From positions 244,590,001 to 244,654,000 of the forward strand of contig OZ024741.1 in NCBI GenBank assembly GCA_964016885.1: a DNA stretch of 64,000 bases, read 5' to 3'. This DNA is from Eledone cirrhosa (taxonomy: Eukaryota). Position 1 is the first letter of the stretch, and each line of letters begins with the position of its first letter. This document shows positions 41,561 to 54,700 of this stretch, one piece after another. A program made the position numbers and the translations under genes. A model generated the notes under the pieces. It searched no databases. It was not told the DNA's origin and worked only from the letters and a program-made list of their open reading frames with translations.

Positions 41561-44500
41561 AAATTCACGCCACACATACCCAATGAGTGTCTGCACATGT
41601 ACCAGTAATTACAGATCGATCCGCCCACGGGTGGCCGGCCCACGATCTAAAATGTAACTCCGCCGGCAAATCCGCATTTTTGTGATTAGTTTCTTCGAAG
41701 CACACCATTCGCCGCCGGACTTGAGCTTCCTCATTTAGCATGGGCAGCTTTTCTTGAAAATCACACCACACTCAGCAAATGTGTGTCTGCACATGTACCA
41801 GTAATTACAGATCGATCGGACCACGGGCGGCCGGCTCACGATCGAAAAGGTAACTCCGCCGGCAAATCCGCATTTTTGTGATTCGTTTCTTCGAAGCACA
41901 CCATTTGCCGCCGGACTTCAGCTTCCTCATTTAGCATGGGCAGCTTTTCTTGCAAATCACACTACACACAGCAAATCTGTGTCTGCACATGTACCAGTAA
42001 CTACAGATCGATCCGACCACGGGCGGCCGGCCCACGATTGAAAAGGTAACTCCGCCGGCAAATCGTCATTTTTGGATTCGTTTTCTTCGAAGCACACCAT
42101 TCGCCGGCGGACTTTGTTGACGTTTAACACGGTTTGGTTCCACAGCCACAACTATTGATTTTACGGAGATATCTTGCTGAAATTCACGCCACACATACCC
42201 AATGAGTGTCTGCACATGTACCAGTAATTACAGATCGATCCGCCCACGGGTGGCCGGCCCACGATCTAAAATGTAACTCCGCCGGCAAATCCGCATTTTT
42301 GTGATTAGTTTCTTCGAAGCACACCATTCGCCGCCGGACTTGAGCTTCCTCATTTAGCATGGGCAGCTTTTCTTGAAAATCACACCACACTCAGCAAATG
42401 TGTGTCTGCACATGTACCAGTAATTACAGATCGATCGGACCACGGGCGGCCGGCTCACGATCGAAAAGGTAACTCCGCCGGCAAATCCGCATTTTTGTGA
42501 TTCGTTTCTTCGAAGCACACCATTTGCCGCCGGACTTCAGCTTCCTCATTTAGCATGGGCAGCTTTTCTTGCAAATCACACTACACACAGCAAATCTGTG
42601 TCTGCACATGTACCAGTAACTACAGATCGATCCGACCACGGGCGGCCGGCCCACGATCGAAAAGGTAACTCCGCCGGCAAATCGTCATTTTTGGATTCGT
42701 TTTCTTCGAAGCACACCATTCGCCGGCGGACTTTGTTGACGTTTAACACGGTTTGGTTCCACAGCCACAACTATTGATTTTACGGAGATATCTTGCTGGA
42801 ATTCACGCCACACATACCCAATGAGTGTCTGCACATGTACCAGTAATTACAGATCGATCCGCCCACGGGTGGCCGGCCCACGATCTAAAATGTAACTCCG
42901 CCGGCAAATCCGCATTTTTGTGATTAGTTTCTTCGAAGCACACCATTCGCCGCCGGACTTGAGCTTCCTCATTTAGCATGGGCAGCTTTTCTTGAAAATC
43001 ACACCACACTCAGCAAATGTGTGTCTGCACATGTACCAGTAATTACAGATCGATCGGACCACGGGCGGCCGGCTCACGATCGAAAAGGTAACTCCGCCGG
43101 CAAATCCGCATTTTTGTGATTCGTTTCTTTGAAGCACACCATTCGCCGCCGGACTTCAGCTTCCTCATTTAGCATGGGCAGCTTTTCTTGCAAATCACAC
43201 TACACACAGCAAATCTGTGTCTGCACATGTACCAGTAACTACAGATCGATCCGACCACGGGCGGCCGGCCCACGATCGAAAAGGTAACTCCGCCGGCAAA
43301 TCGTCATTTTTGGATTCGTTTTCTTCGAAGCACACCATTCGCCGGCGGACTTTGTTGACGTTTAACACGGTTTGGTTCCACAGCCACAACTATTGATTTT
43401 ACGGAGATATCTTGCTGGAATTCACGCCACACATACCCAATGAGTGTCTGCACATGTACCAGTAATTACAGATCGATCCGCCCACGGGTGGCCGGCCCAC
43501 GATCTAAAATGTAACTCCGCCGGCAAATCCGCATTTTTGTGATTAGTTTCTTCGAAGCACACCATTCGCCGCCGGACTTGAGCTTCCTCATTTAGCATGG
43601 GCAGCTTTTCTTGAAAATCACACCACACTCAGCAAATGTGTGTCTGCACATGTACCAGTAATTACAGATCGATCGGACCACGGGCGGCCGGCTCACGATC
43701 GAAAAGGTAACTCCGCCGGCAAATCCGCATTTTTGTGATTCGTTTCTTTGAAGCACACCATTCGCCGCCGGACTTCAGCTTCCTCATTTAGCATGGGCAG
43801 CTTTTCTTGCAAATCACACTACACACAGCAAATCTGTGTCTGCACATGTACCAGTAACTACAGATCGATCCGACCACGGGCGGCCGGCCCACGATCGAAA
43901 AGGTAACTCCGCCGGCAAATCGTCATTTTTGGATTCGTTTTCTTCGAAGCACACCATTCGCCGGCGGACTTTGTTGACGTTTAACACGGTTTGGTTCCAC
44001 AGCCACAACTATTGATTTTACGGAGATATCTTGCTGAAATTCACGCCACACATACCCAATGAGTGTCTGCACATGTACCAGTAAATACAGATCGATCCGC
44101 CCAAGGGTGGCCGGCCCACGATCTAAAATGTAACTCCGCCGGCAAATCCGCATTTTTGTGATTAGTTTCTTCGAAGCACACCATTCGCCGCCGGACTTGA
44201 GCTTCCTCATTTAGCATGGGCAGCTTTTCTTGAAAATCACACCACACTCAGCAAATGTGTGTCTGCACATGTACCAGTAATTACAGATCGATCGGACCAC
44301 GGGCGGCCGGCTCACGATCGAAAAGGTAACTCCGCCGGCAAATCCGCATTTTTGTGATTCGTTTCTTCGAAGCACACCATTCGCCGCCGGACTTCAGCTT
44401 CTTCATTTAGCATGGGCAGCTTTTCTTGCAAATCACACTACACACAGCAAATCTGTGTCTGCACATGTACCAGTAACTACAGATCGATCCGACCACGGGC

Positions 44501-46600
44501 GGCCGGCCCGCGATTGAAAAGGTAACTCCGCCAGCAAATCGTCATTTTTTGATTCGTTTTCTTCGAAGCACACCATTCGCCGCCGGACTTTGTTGACGTT
44601 TAACACGGTTTGGTTCCACAGCCACAACTATTGATTTTACGGAGATATCTTGCTGAAATTCACGCCACACATAGCCAATGAGTGTCTGCACATGTACCAG
44701 TAATTACAGATCGATCGGACCACGGGCGGCCGGTTTGCGATTGAAAAGGTAACTCCGCCGGCAAATCGTCATTTTTGGATTCGTTTTCTTCGAAGCACAC
44801 CATTCGCCGGCGGACTTTGTTGACGTTTAACACGGTTTGGTTCCACAGCCACAACTATTGATTTTACGGAGATATCTTGCTGAAATTCACGCCACACATA
44901 CCCAATGAGTGTCTGCACATGTACCAGTAATTACAGATCGATCCGCCCACGGGTGGCCGGCCCACGATCTAAAATGTAACTCCGCCGGCAAATCCGCATT
45001 TTTGTGATTAGTTTCTTCGAAGCACACCATTCGCCGCCGGACTTGAGCTTCCTCATTTAGCATGGGCAGCTTTTCTTGAAAATCACACCACACTCAGCAA
45101 ATGTGTGTCTGCACATGTACCAGTAATTACAGATCGATCGGACCACGGGCGGCCGGCTCACGATCGAAAAGGTAACTCCGCCGGCAAATCCGCATTTTTG
45201 TGATTCGTTTCTTCGAAGCACACCATTTGCCGCCGGACTTCAGCTTCCTCATTTAGCATGGGCAGCTTTTCTTGCAAATCACACTACACACAGCAAATCT
45301 GTGTCTGCACATGTACCAGTAACTACAGATCGATCCGACCACGGGCGGCCGGCCCACGATCGAAAAGGTAACTCCGCCGGCAAATCGTCATTTTTGGATT
45401 CGTTTTCTTCGAAGCACACCATTCGCCGGCGGACTTTGTTGACGTTTAACACGGTTTGGTTCCACAGCCACAACTATTGATTTTACGGAGATATCTTGCT
45501 GGAATTCACGCCACACATACCCAATGAGTGTCTGCACATGTACCAGTAATTACAGATCGATCCGCCCACGGGTGGCCGGCCCACGATCTAAAATGTAACT
45601 CCGCCGGCAAATCCGCATTTTTGTGATTAGTTTCTTCGAAGCACACCATTCGCCGCCGGACTTGAGCTTCCTCATTTAGCATGGGCAGCTTTTCTTGAAA
45701 ATCACACCACACTCAGCAAATGTGTGTCTGCACATGTACCAGTAATTACAGATCGATCGGACCACGGGCGGCCGGCTCACGATCGAAAAGGTAACTCCGC
45801 CGGCAAATCCGCATTTTTGTGATTCGTTTCTTTGAAGCACACCATTCGCCGCCGGACTTCAGCTTCCTCATTTAGCATGGGCAGCTTTTCTTGCAAATCA
45901 CACTACACACAGCAAATCTGTGTCTGCACATGTACCAGTAACTACAGATCGATCCGACCACGGGCGGCCGGCCCACGATCGAAAAGGTAACTCCGCCGGC
46001 AAATCGTCATTTTTGGATTCGTTTTCTTCGAAGCACACCATTCGCCGGCGGACTTTGTTGACGTTTAACACGGTTTGGTTCCACAGCCACAACTATTGAT
46101 TTTACGGAGATATCTTGCTGAAATTCACGCCACACATACCCAATGAGTGTCTGCACATGTACCAGTAATTACAGATCGATCCGCCCACGGGTGGCCGGCC
46201 CACGATCTAAAATGTAACTCCGCCGGCAAATCCGCATTTTTGTGATTAGTTTCTTCGAAGCACACCATTCGCCGCCGGACTTGAGCTTCCTCATTTAGCA
46301 TGGGCAGCTTTTCTTGAAAATCACACCACACTCAGCAAATGTGTGTCTGCACATGTACCAGTAATTACAGATCGATCGGACCACGGGCGGCCGGCTCACG
46401 ATCGAAAAGGTAACTCCGCCGGCAAATCCGCATTTTTGTGATTCGTTTCTTCGAAGCACACCATTTGCCGCCGGACTTCAGCTTCCTCATTTAGCATGGG
46501 CAGCTTTTCTTGCAAATCACACTACACACAGCAAATCTGTGTCTGCACATGTACCAGTAACTACAGATCGATCCGACCACGGGCGGCCGGCCCACGATCG
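37475..46600. repeat. Second tandem duplication of period 4560 bp, with different monomer content from the first; approximate bounds
   Basis: A variant 39481/44041, E 40100/44660. The monomer at 41957 (=37397+4560) has cccacgattg, consistent with a C-to-E junction. Confidence 0.78.
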
Positions 46601-49219
46601 AAAAGGTAACTCCGCCGGCAAATCGTCATTTTTGGATTCGTTTTCTTCGAAGCACACCATTCGCCGGCGGACTTTGTTGACGTTTAACACGGTTTGGTTC
46701 CACAGCCACAACTATTGATTTTACGGAGATATCTTGCTGGAATTCACGCCACACATACCCAATGAGTGTCTGCACATGTACCAGTAATTACAGATCGATC
46801 CGCCCACGGGTGGCCGGCCCACGATCTAAAATGTAACTCCGCCGGCAAATCCGCATTTTTGTGATTAGTTTCTTCGAAGCACACCATTCGCCGCCGGACT
46901 TGAGCTTCCTCATTTAGCATGGGCAGCTTTTCTTGAAAATCACACCACACTCAGCAAATGTGTGTCTGCACATGTACCAGTAATTACAGATCGATCGGAC
47001 CACGGGCGGCCGGCTCACGATCGAAAAGGTAACTCCGCCGGCAAATCCGCATTTTTGTGATTCGTTTCTTTGAAGCACACCATTCGCCGCCGGACTTCAG
47101 CTTCCTCATTTAGCATGGGCAGCTTTTCTTGCAAATCACACTACACACAGCAAATCTGTGTCTGCACATGTACCAGTAACTACAGATCGATCCGACCACG
47201 GGCGGCCGGCCCACGATCGAAAAGGTAACTCCGCCGGCAAATCGTCATTTTTGGATTCGTTTTCTTCGAAGCACACCATTCGCCGGCGGACTTTGTTGAC
47301 GTTTAACACGGTTTGGTTCCACAGCCACAACTATTGATTTTACGGAGATATCTTGCTGAAATTCACGCCACACATACCCAATGAGTGTCTGCACATGTAC
47401 CAGTAATTACAGATCGATCCGCCCACGGGTGGCCGGCCCACGATCTAAAATGTAACTCCGCCGGCAAATCCGCATTTTTGTGATTAGTTTCTTCGAAGCA
47501 CACCATTCGCCGCCGGACTTGAGCTTCCTCATTTAGCATGGGCAGCTTTTCTTGAAAATCACACCACACTCAGCAAATGTGTGTCTGCACATGTACCAGT
47601 AATTACAGATCGATCGGACCACGGGCGGCCGGCTCACGATCGAAAAGGTAACTCCGCCGGCAAATCCGCATTTTTGTGATTCGTTTCTTCGAAGCACACC
47701 ATTTGCCGCCGGACTTCAGCTTCCTCATTTAGCATGGGCAGCTTTTCTTGCAAATCACACTACACACAGCAAATCTGTGTCTGCACATGTACCAGTAACT
47801 ACAGATCGATCCGACCACGGGCGGCCGGCCCACGATCGAAAAGGTAACTCCGCCGGCAAATCGTCATTTTTGGATTCGTTTTCTTCGAAGCACACCATTC
47901 GCCGGCGGACTTTGTTGACGTTTAACACGGTTTGGTTCCACAGCCACAACTATTGATTTTACGGAGATATCTTGCTGGAATTCACGCCACACATACCCAA
48001 TGAGTGTCTGCACATGTACCAGTAATTACAGATCGATCCGCCCACGGGTGGCCGGCCCACGATCTAAAATGTAACTCCGCCGGCAAATCCGCATTTTTGT
48101 GATTAGTTTCTTCGAAGCACACCATTCGCCGCCGGACTTGAGCTTCCTCATTTAGCATGGGCAGCTTTTCTTGAAAATCACACCACACTCAGCAAATGTG
48201 TGTCTGCACATGTACCAGTAATTACAGATCGATCGGACCACGGGCGGCCGGCTCACGATCGAAAAGGTAACTCCGCCGGCAAATCCGCATTTTTGTGATT
48301 CGTTTCTTTGAAGCACACCATTCGCCGCCGGACTTCAGCTTCCTCATTTAGCATGGGCAGCTTTTCTTGCAAATCACACTACACACAGCAAATCTGTGTC
48401 TGCACATGTACCAGTAACTACAGATCGATCCGACCACGGGCGGCCGGCCCACGATCGAAAAGGTAACTCCGCCGGCAAATCGTCATTTTTGGATTCGTTT
48501 TCTTCGAAGCACACCATTCGCCGGCGGACTTTGTTGACGTTTAACACGGTTTGGTTCCACAGCCACAACTATTGATTTTACGGAGATATCTTGCTGAAAT
48601 TCACGCCACACATACCCAATGAGTGTCTGCACATGTACCAGTAATTACAGATCGATCCGCCCACGGGTGGCCGGCCCACGATCTAAAATGTAACTCCGCC
48701 GGCAAATCCGCATTTTTGTGATTAGTTTCTTCGAAGCACACCATTCGCCGCCGGACTTGAGCTTCCTCATTTAGCATGGGCAGCTTTTCTTGAAAATCAC
48801 ACCACACTCAGCAAATGTGTGTCTGCACATGTACCAGTAATTACAGATCGATCGGACCACGGGCGGCCGGCTCACGATCGAAAAGGTAACTCCGCCGGCA
48901 AATCCGCATTTTTGTGATTCGTTTCTTCGAAGCACACCATTTGCCGCCGGACTTCAGCTTCCTCATTTAGCATGGGCAGCTTTTCTTGCAAATCACACTA
49001 CACACAGCAAATCTGTGTCTGCACATGTACCAGTAACTACAGATCGATCCGACCACGGGCGGCCGGCCCACGATCGAAAAGGTAACTCCGCCGGCAAATC
49101 GTCATTTTTGGATTCGTTTTCTTCGAAGCACACCATTCGCCGGCGGACTTTGTTGACGTTTAACACGGTTTGGTTCCACAGCCACAACTATTGATTTTAC
49201 GGAGATATCTTGCTGGAAT
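44887..49219. repeat. 1238-bp hexamer (two distinguishable A-B-C trimers), 3.5 copies
   Basis: Trimers alternate between (B catttgccg, C ending ctggaattc) and (B tctttgaag, C ending ctgaaattc). gaattc occurs at 45502, 46740, 47978 and 49216. Confidence 0.88.
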
Positions 49220-51799
49220 TCACGCCACACATACCCAATGAGTCTCTGCACATGTACCAGTAATTACAGATCGATCCGCCCACGGTTGGCCGGCCCACGA
49301 TCTAAAATGTAACTCCGCCGGCAAATCCGCATTTTTGTGATTAGTTTCTTCGAAGCACACCATTCGCCGCCGGACTTGAGCTTCCTCATTTAGCATGGGC
49401 AGCTTTTCTTGAAAATCACACCACACTCAGCAAATGTGTGTCTGCACATGTACCAGTAATTACAGATCGATCGGACCACGGGCGGCCGGCTCACGATCGA
49501 AAAGGTAACTCCGCCGGCAAATCCGCATTTTTGTGATTCGTTTCTTCGAAGCACACCATTCGCCGCCGGACTTCAGCTTCCTCATTTAGCATGGGCAGCT
49601 TTTCTTGCAAATCACACTACACACAGCAAATCTGTGTCTGCACATGTACCAGTAACTACAGATCGATCCGACCACGGGCGGCCGGCCCGCGATTGAAAAG
49701 GTAACTCCGCCAGCAAATCGTCATTTTTTTATTCGTTTTCTTCGAAGCACACCATTCGCCGGCGGACTTTGTTGACGTTTAACACGGTTTGGTTCCACAG
49801 CCACAACTATTGATTTTACGGAGATATCTTGCTGAAATTCACGCCACACATACCCAATGAGTGTCTGCACATGTACCAGTAATTACAGATCGATCCGCCC
49901 ACGGGTGGCCGGCCCACGATCTAAAATGTAACTCCGCCGGCAAATCCGCATTTTTGTGATTAGTTTCTTCGAAGCACACCATTCGCCGCCGGACTTGAGC
50001 TTCCTCATTTAGCATGGGCAGCTTTTCTTGAAAATCACACCACACTCAGCAAATGTGCGTCTGCACATGTACCAGTAATTACAGATCGATCGGACCACGG
50101 GCGGCCGGCTCACGATCGAAAAGGTAACTCCGCCGGCAAATCCGCATTTTTGTGATTCGTTTCTTCGAAGCACACCATTCGCCGCCGGACTTCAGCTTCC
50201 TCATTTAGCATGGGCAGCTTTTCTTGCAAATCACACTACACACAGCAAATCTGTGTCTGCACATGTACCAGTAACTACAGATCGATCCGACCACGGGCGG
50301 CCGGCCCACGATCGAAAAGGTAACTCCGCTGGCAAATCGTCATTTTTGGATTCGTTTTCTTCGAAGCACACCATTCGCCGGCGGACTTTGTTGACGTTTA
50401 ACACGGTTTGGTTCCACAGCCACAACTATTGATTTTACGGAGATATCTTGCTGAAATTCACGCCACACATACCCAATGAGTGTCTGCACATGTACCAGTA
50501 AATACAGATCGATCCGCCCAAGGGTGGCCGGCCCACGATCTAAAATGTAACTCCGCCGGCAAATCCGCATTTTTGTGATTAGTTTCTTCGAAGCACACCA
50601 TTCGCCGCCGGACTTGAGCTTCCTCATTTAGCATGGGCAGCTTTTCTTGAAAATCACACCACACTCAGCAAATGTGTGTCTGCACATGTACCAGTAATTA
50701 CAGATCGATCGGACCACGGGCGGCCGGCTCACGATCGAAAAGGTAACTCCGCCGGCAAATCCGCATTTTTGTGATTCGTTTCTTCGAAGCACACCATTCG
50801 CCGCCGGACTTCAGCTTCTTCATTTAGCATGGGCAGCTTTTCTTGCAAATCACACTACACACAGCAAATCTGTGTCTGCACATGTACCAGTAACTACAGA
50901 TCGATCCGACCACGGGCGGCCGGCCCGCGATTGAAAAGGTAACTCCGCCAGCAAATCGTCATTTTTTTATTCGTTTTCTTCGAAGCACACCATTCGCCGC
51001 CGGACTTTGTTGACGTTTAACACGGTTTGGTTCCACAGCCACAACTATTGATTTTACGGAGATATCTTGCTGAAATTCACGCCACACATAGCCAATGAGT
51101 GTCTGCACATGTACCAGTAATTACAGATCGATCGGACCACGGGCGGCCGGTTTGCGATTGAAAAGGTAACTCCGCCGGCAAATCGTCATTTTTGGATTCG
51201 TTTTCTTCGAAGCACACCATTCGCCGGCGGACTTTGTTGACGTTTAACACGGTTTGGTTCCACAGCCACAACTATTGATTTTACGGAGATATCTTGCTGA
51301 AATTCACGCCACACATACCCAATGAGTGTCTGCACATGTACCAGTAATTACAGATCGATCCGCCCACGGGTGGCCGGCCCACGATCTAAAATGTAACTCC
51401 GCCGGCAAATCCGCATTTTTGTGATTAGTTTCTTCGAAGCACACCATTCGCCGCCGGACTTGAGCTTCCTCATTTAGCATGGGCAGCTTTTCTTGAAAAT
51501 CACACCACACTCAGCAAATGTGTGTCTGCACATGTACCAGTAATTACAGATCGATCGGACCACGGGCGGCCGGCTCACGATCGAAAAGGTAACTCCGCCG
51601 GCAAATCCGCATTTTTGTGATTCGTTTCTTCGAAGCACACCATTTGCCGCCGGACTTCAGCTTCCTCATTTAGCATGGGCAGCTTTTCTTGCAAATCACA
51701 CTACACACAGCAAATCTGTGTCTGCACATGTACCAGTAACTACAGATCGATCCGACCACGGGCGGCCGGCCCACGATCGAAAAGGTAACTCCGCCGGCA

Positions 51800-54700
51800 A
51801 ATCGTCATTTTTGGATTCGTTTTCTTCGAAGCACACCATTCGCCGGCGGACTTTGTTGACGTTTAACACGGTTTGGTTCCACAGCCACAACTATTGATTT
51901 TACGGAGATATCTTGCTGAAATTCACGCCACACATACCCAATGAGTGTCTGCACATGTACCAGTAATTACAGATCGATCCGCCCACGGGTGGCCGGCCCA
52001 CGATCTAAAATGTAACTCCGCCGGCAAATCCGCATTTTTGTGATTAGTTTCTTCGAAGCACACCATTCGCCGCCGGACTTGAGCTTCCTCATTTAGCATG
52101 GGCAGCTTTTCTTGAAAATCACACCACACTCAGCAAATGTGTGTCTGCACATGTACCAGTAATTACAGATCGATCGGACCACGGGCGGCCGGCTCACGAT
52201 CGAAAAGGTAACTCCGCCGGCAAATCCGCATTTTTGTGATTCGTTTCTTCGAAGCACACCATTTGCCGCCGGACTTCAGCTTCCTCATTTAGCATGGGCA
52301 GCTTTTCTTGCAAATCACACTACACACAGCAAATCTGTGTCTGCACATGTACCAGTAACTACAGATCGATCCGACCACGGGCGGCCGGCCCACGATCGAA
52401 AAGGTAACTCCGCCGGCAAATCGTCATTTTTGGATTCGTTTTCTTCGAAGCACACCATTCGCCGGCGGACTTTGTTGACGTTTAACACGGTTTGGTTCCA
52501 CAGCCACAACTATTGATTTTACGGAGATATCTTGCTGGAATTCACGCCACACATACCCAATGAGTGTCTGCACATGTACCAGTAATTACAGATCGATCCG
52601 CCCACGGGTGGCCGGCCCACGATCTAAAATGTAACTCCGCCGGCAAATCCGCATTTTTGTGATTAGTTTCTTCGAAGCACACCATTCGCCGCCGGACTTG
52701 AGCTTCCTCATTTAGCATGGGCAGCTTTTCTTGAAAATCACACCACACTCAGCAAATGTGTGTCTGCACATGTACCAGTAATTACAGATCGATCGGACCA
52801 CGGGCGGCCGGCTCACGATCGAAAAGGTAACTCCGCCGGCAAATCCGCATTTTTGTGATTCGTTTCTTTGAAGCACACCATTCGCCGCCGGACTTCAGCT
52901 TCCTCATTTAGCATGGGCAGCTTTTCTTGCAAATCACACTACACACAGCAAATCTGTGTCTGCACATGTACCAGTAACTACAGATCGATCCGACCACGGG
53001 CGGCCGGCCCACGATCGAAAAGGTAACTCCGCCGGCAAATCGTCATTTTTGGATTCGTTTTCTTCGAAGCACACCATTCGCCGGCGGACTTTGTTGACGT
53101 TTAACACGGTTTGGTTCCACAGCCACAACTATTGATTTTACGGAGATATCTTGCTGAAATTCACGCCACACATACCCAATGAGTGTCTGCACATGTACCA
53201 GTAATTACAGATCGATCCGCCCACGGGTGGCCGGCCCACGATCTAAAATGTAACTCCGCCGGCAAATCCGCATTTTTGTGATTAGTTTCTTCGAAGCACA
53301 CCATTCGCCGCCGGACTTGAGCTTCCTCATTTAGCATGGGCAGCTTTTCTTGAAAATCACACCACACTCAGCAAATGTGTGTCTGCACATGTACCAGTAA
53401 TTACAGATCGATCGGACCACGGGCGGCCGGCTCACGATCGAAAAGGTAACTCCGCCGGCAAATCCGCATTTTTGTGATTCGTTTCTTCGAAGCACACCAT
53501 TTGCCGCCGGACTTCAGCTTCCTCATTTAGCATGGGCAGCTTTTCTTGCAAATCACACTACACACAGCAAATCTGTGTCTGCACATGTACCAGTAACTAC
53601 AGATCGATCCGACCACGGGCGGCCGGCCCACGATCGAAAAGGTAACTCCGCCGGCAAATCGTCATTTTTGGATTCGTTTTCTTCGAAGCACACCATTCGC
53701 CGGCGGACTTTGTTGACGTTTAACACGGTTTGGTTCCACAGCCACAACTATTGATTTTACGGAGATATCTTGCTGGAATTCACGCCACACATACCCAATG
53801 AGTCTCTGCACATGTACCAGTAATTACAGATCGATCCGCCCACGGTTGGCCGGCCCACGATCTAAAATGTAACTCCGCCGGCAAATCCGCATTTTTGTGA
53901 TTAGTTTCTTCGAAGCACACCATTCGCCGCCGGACTTGAGCTTCCTCATTTAGCATGGGCAGCTTTTCTTGAAAATCACACCACACTCAGCAAATGTGTG
54001 TCTGCACATGTACCAGTAATTACAGATCGATCGGACCACGGGCGGCCGGCTCACGATCGAAAAGGTAACTCCGCCGGCAAATCCGCATTTTTGTGATTCG
54101 TTTCTTCGAAGCACACCATTCGCCGCCGGACTTCAGCTTCCTCATTTAGCATGGGCAGCTTTTCTTGCAAATCACACTACACACAGCAAATCTGTGTCTG
54201 CACATGTACCAGTAACTACAGATCGATCCGACCACGGGCGGCCGGCCCGCGATTGAAAAGGTAACTCCGCCAGCAAATCGTCATTTTTTTATTCGTTTTC
54301 TTCGAAGCACACCATTCGCCGGCGGACTTTGTTGACGTTTAACACGGTTTGGTTCCACAGCCACAACTATTGATTTTACGGAGATATCTTGCTGAAATTC
54401 ACGCCACACATACCCAATGAGTGTCTGCACATGTACCAGTAATTACAGATCGATCCGCCCACGGGTGGCCGGCCCACGATCTAAAATGTAACTCCGCCGG
54501 CAAATCCGCATTTTTGTGATTAGTTTCTTCGAAGCACACCATTCGCCGCCGGACTTGAGCTTCCTCATTTAGCATGGGCAGCTTTTCTTGAAAATCACAC
54601 CACACTCAGCAAATGTGCGTCTGCACATGTACCAGTAATTACAGATCGATCGGACCACGGGCGGCCGGCTCACGATCGAAAAGGTAACTCCGCCGGCAAA

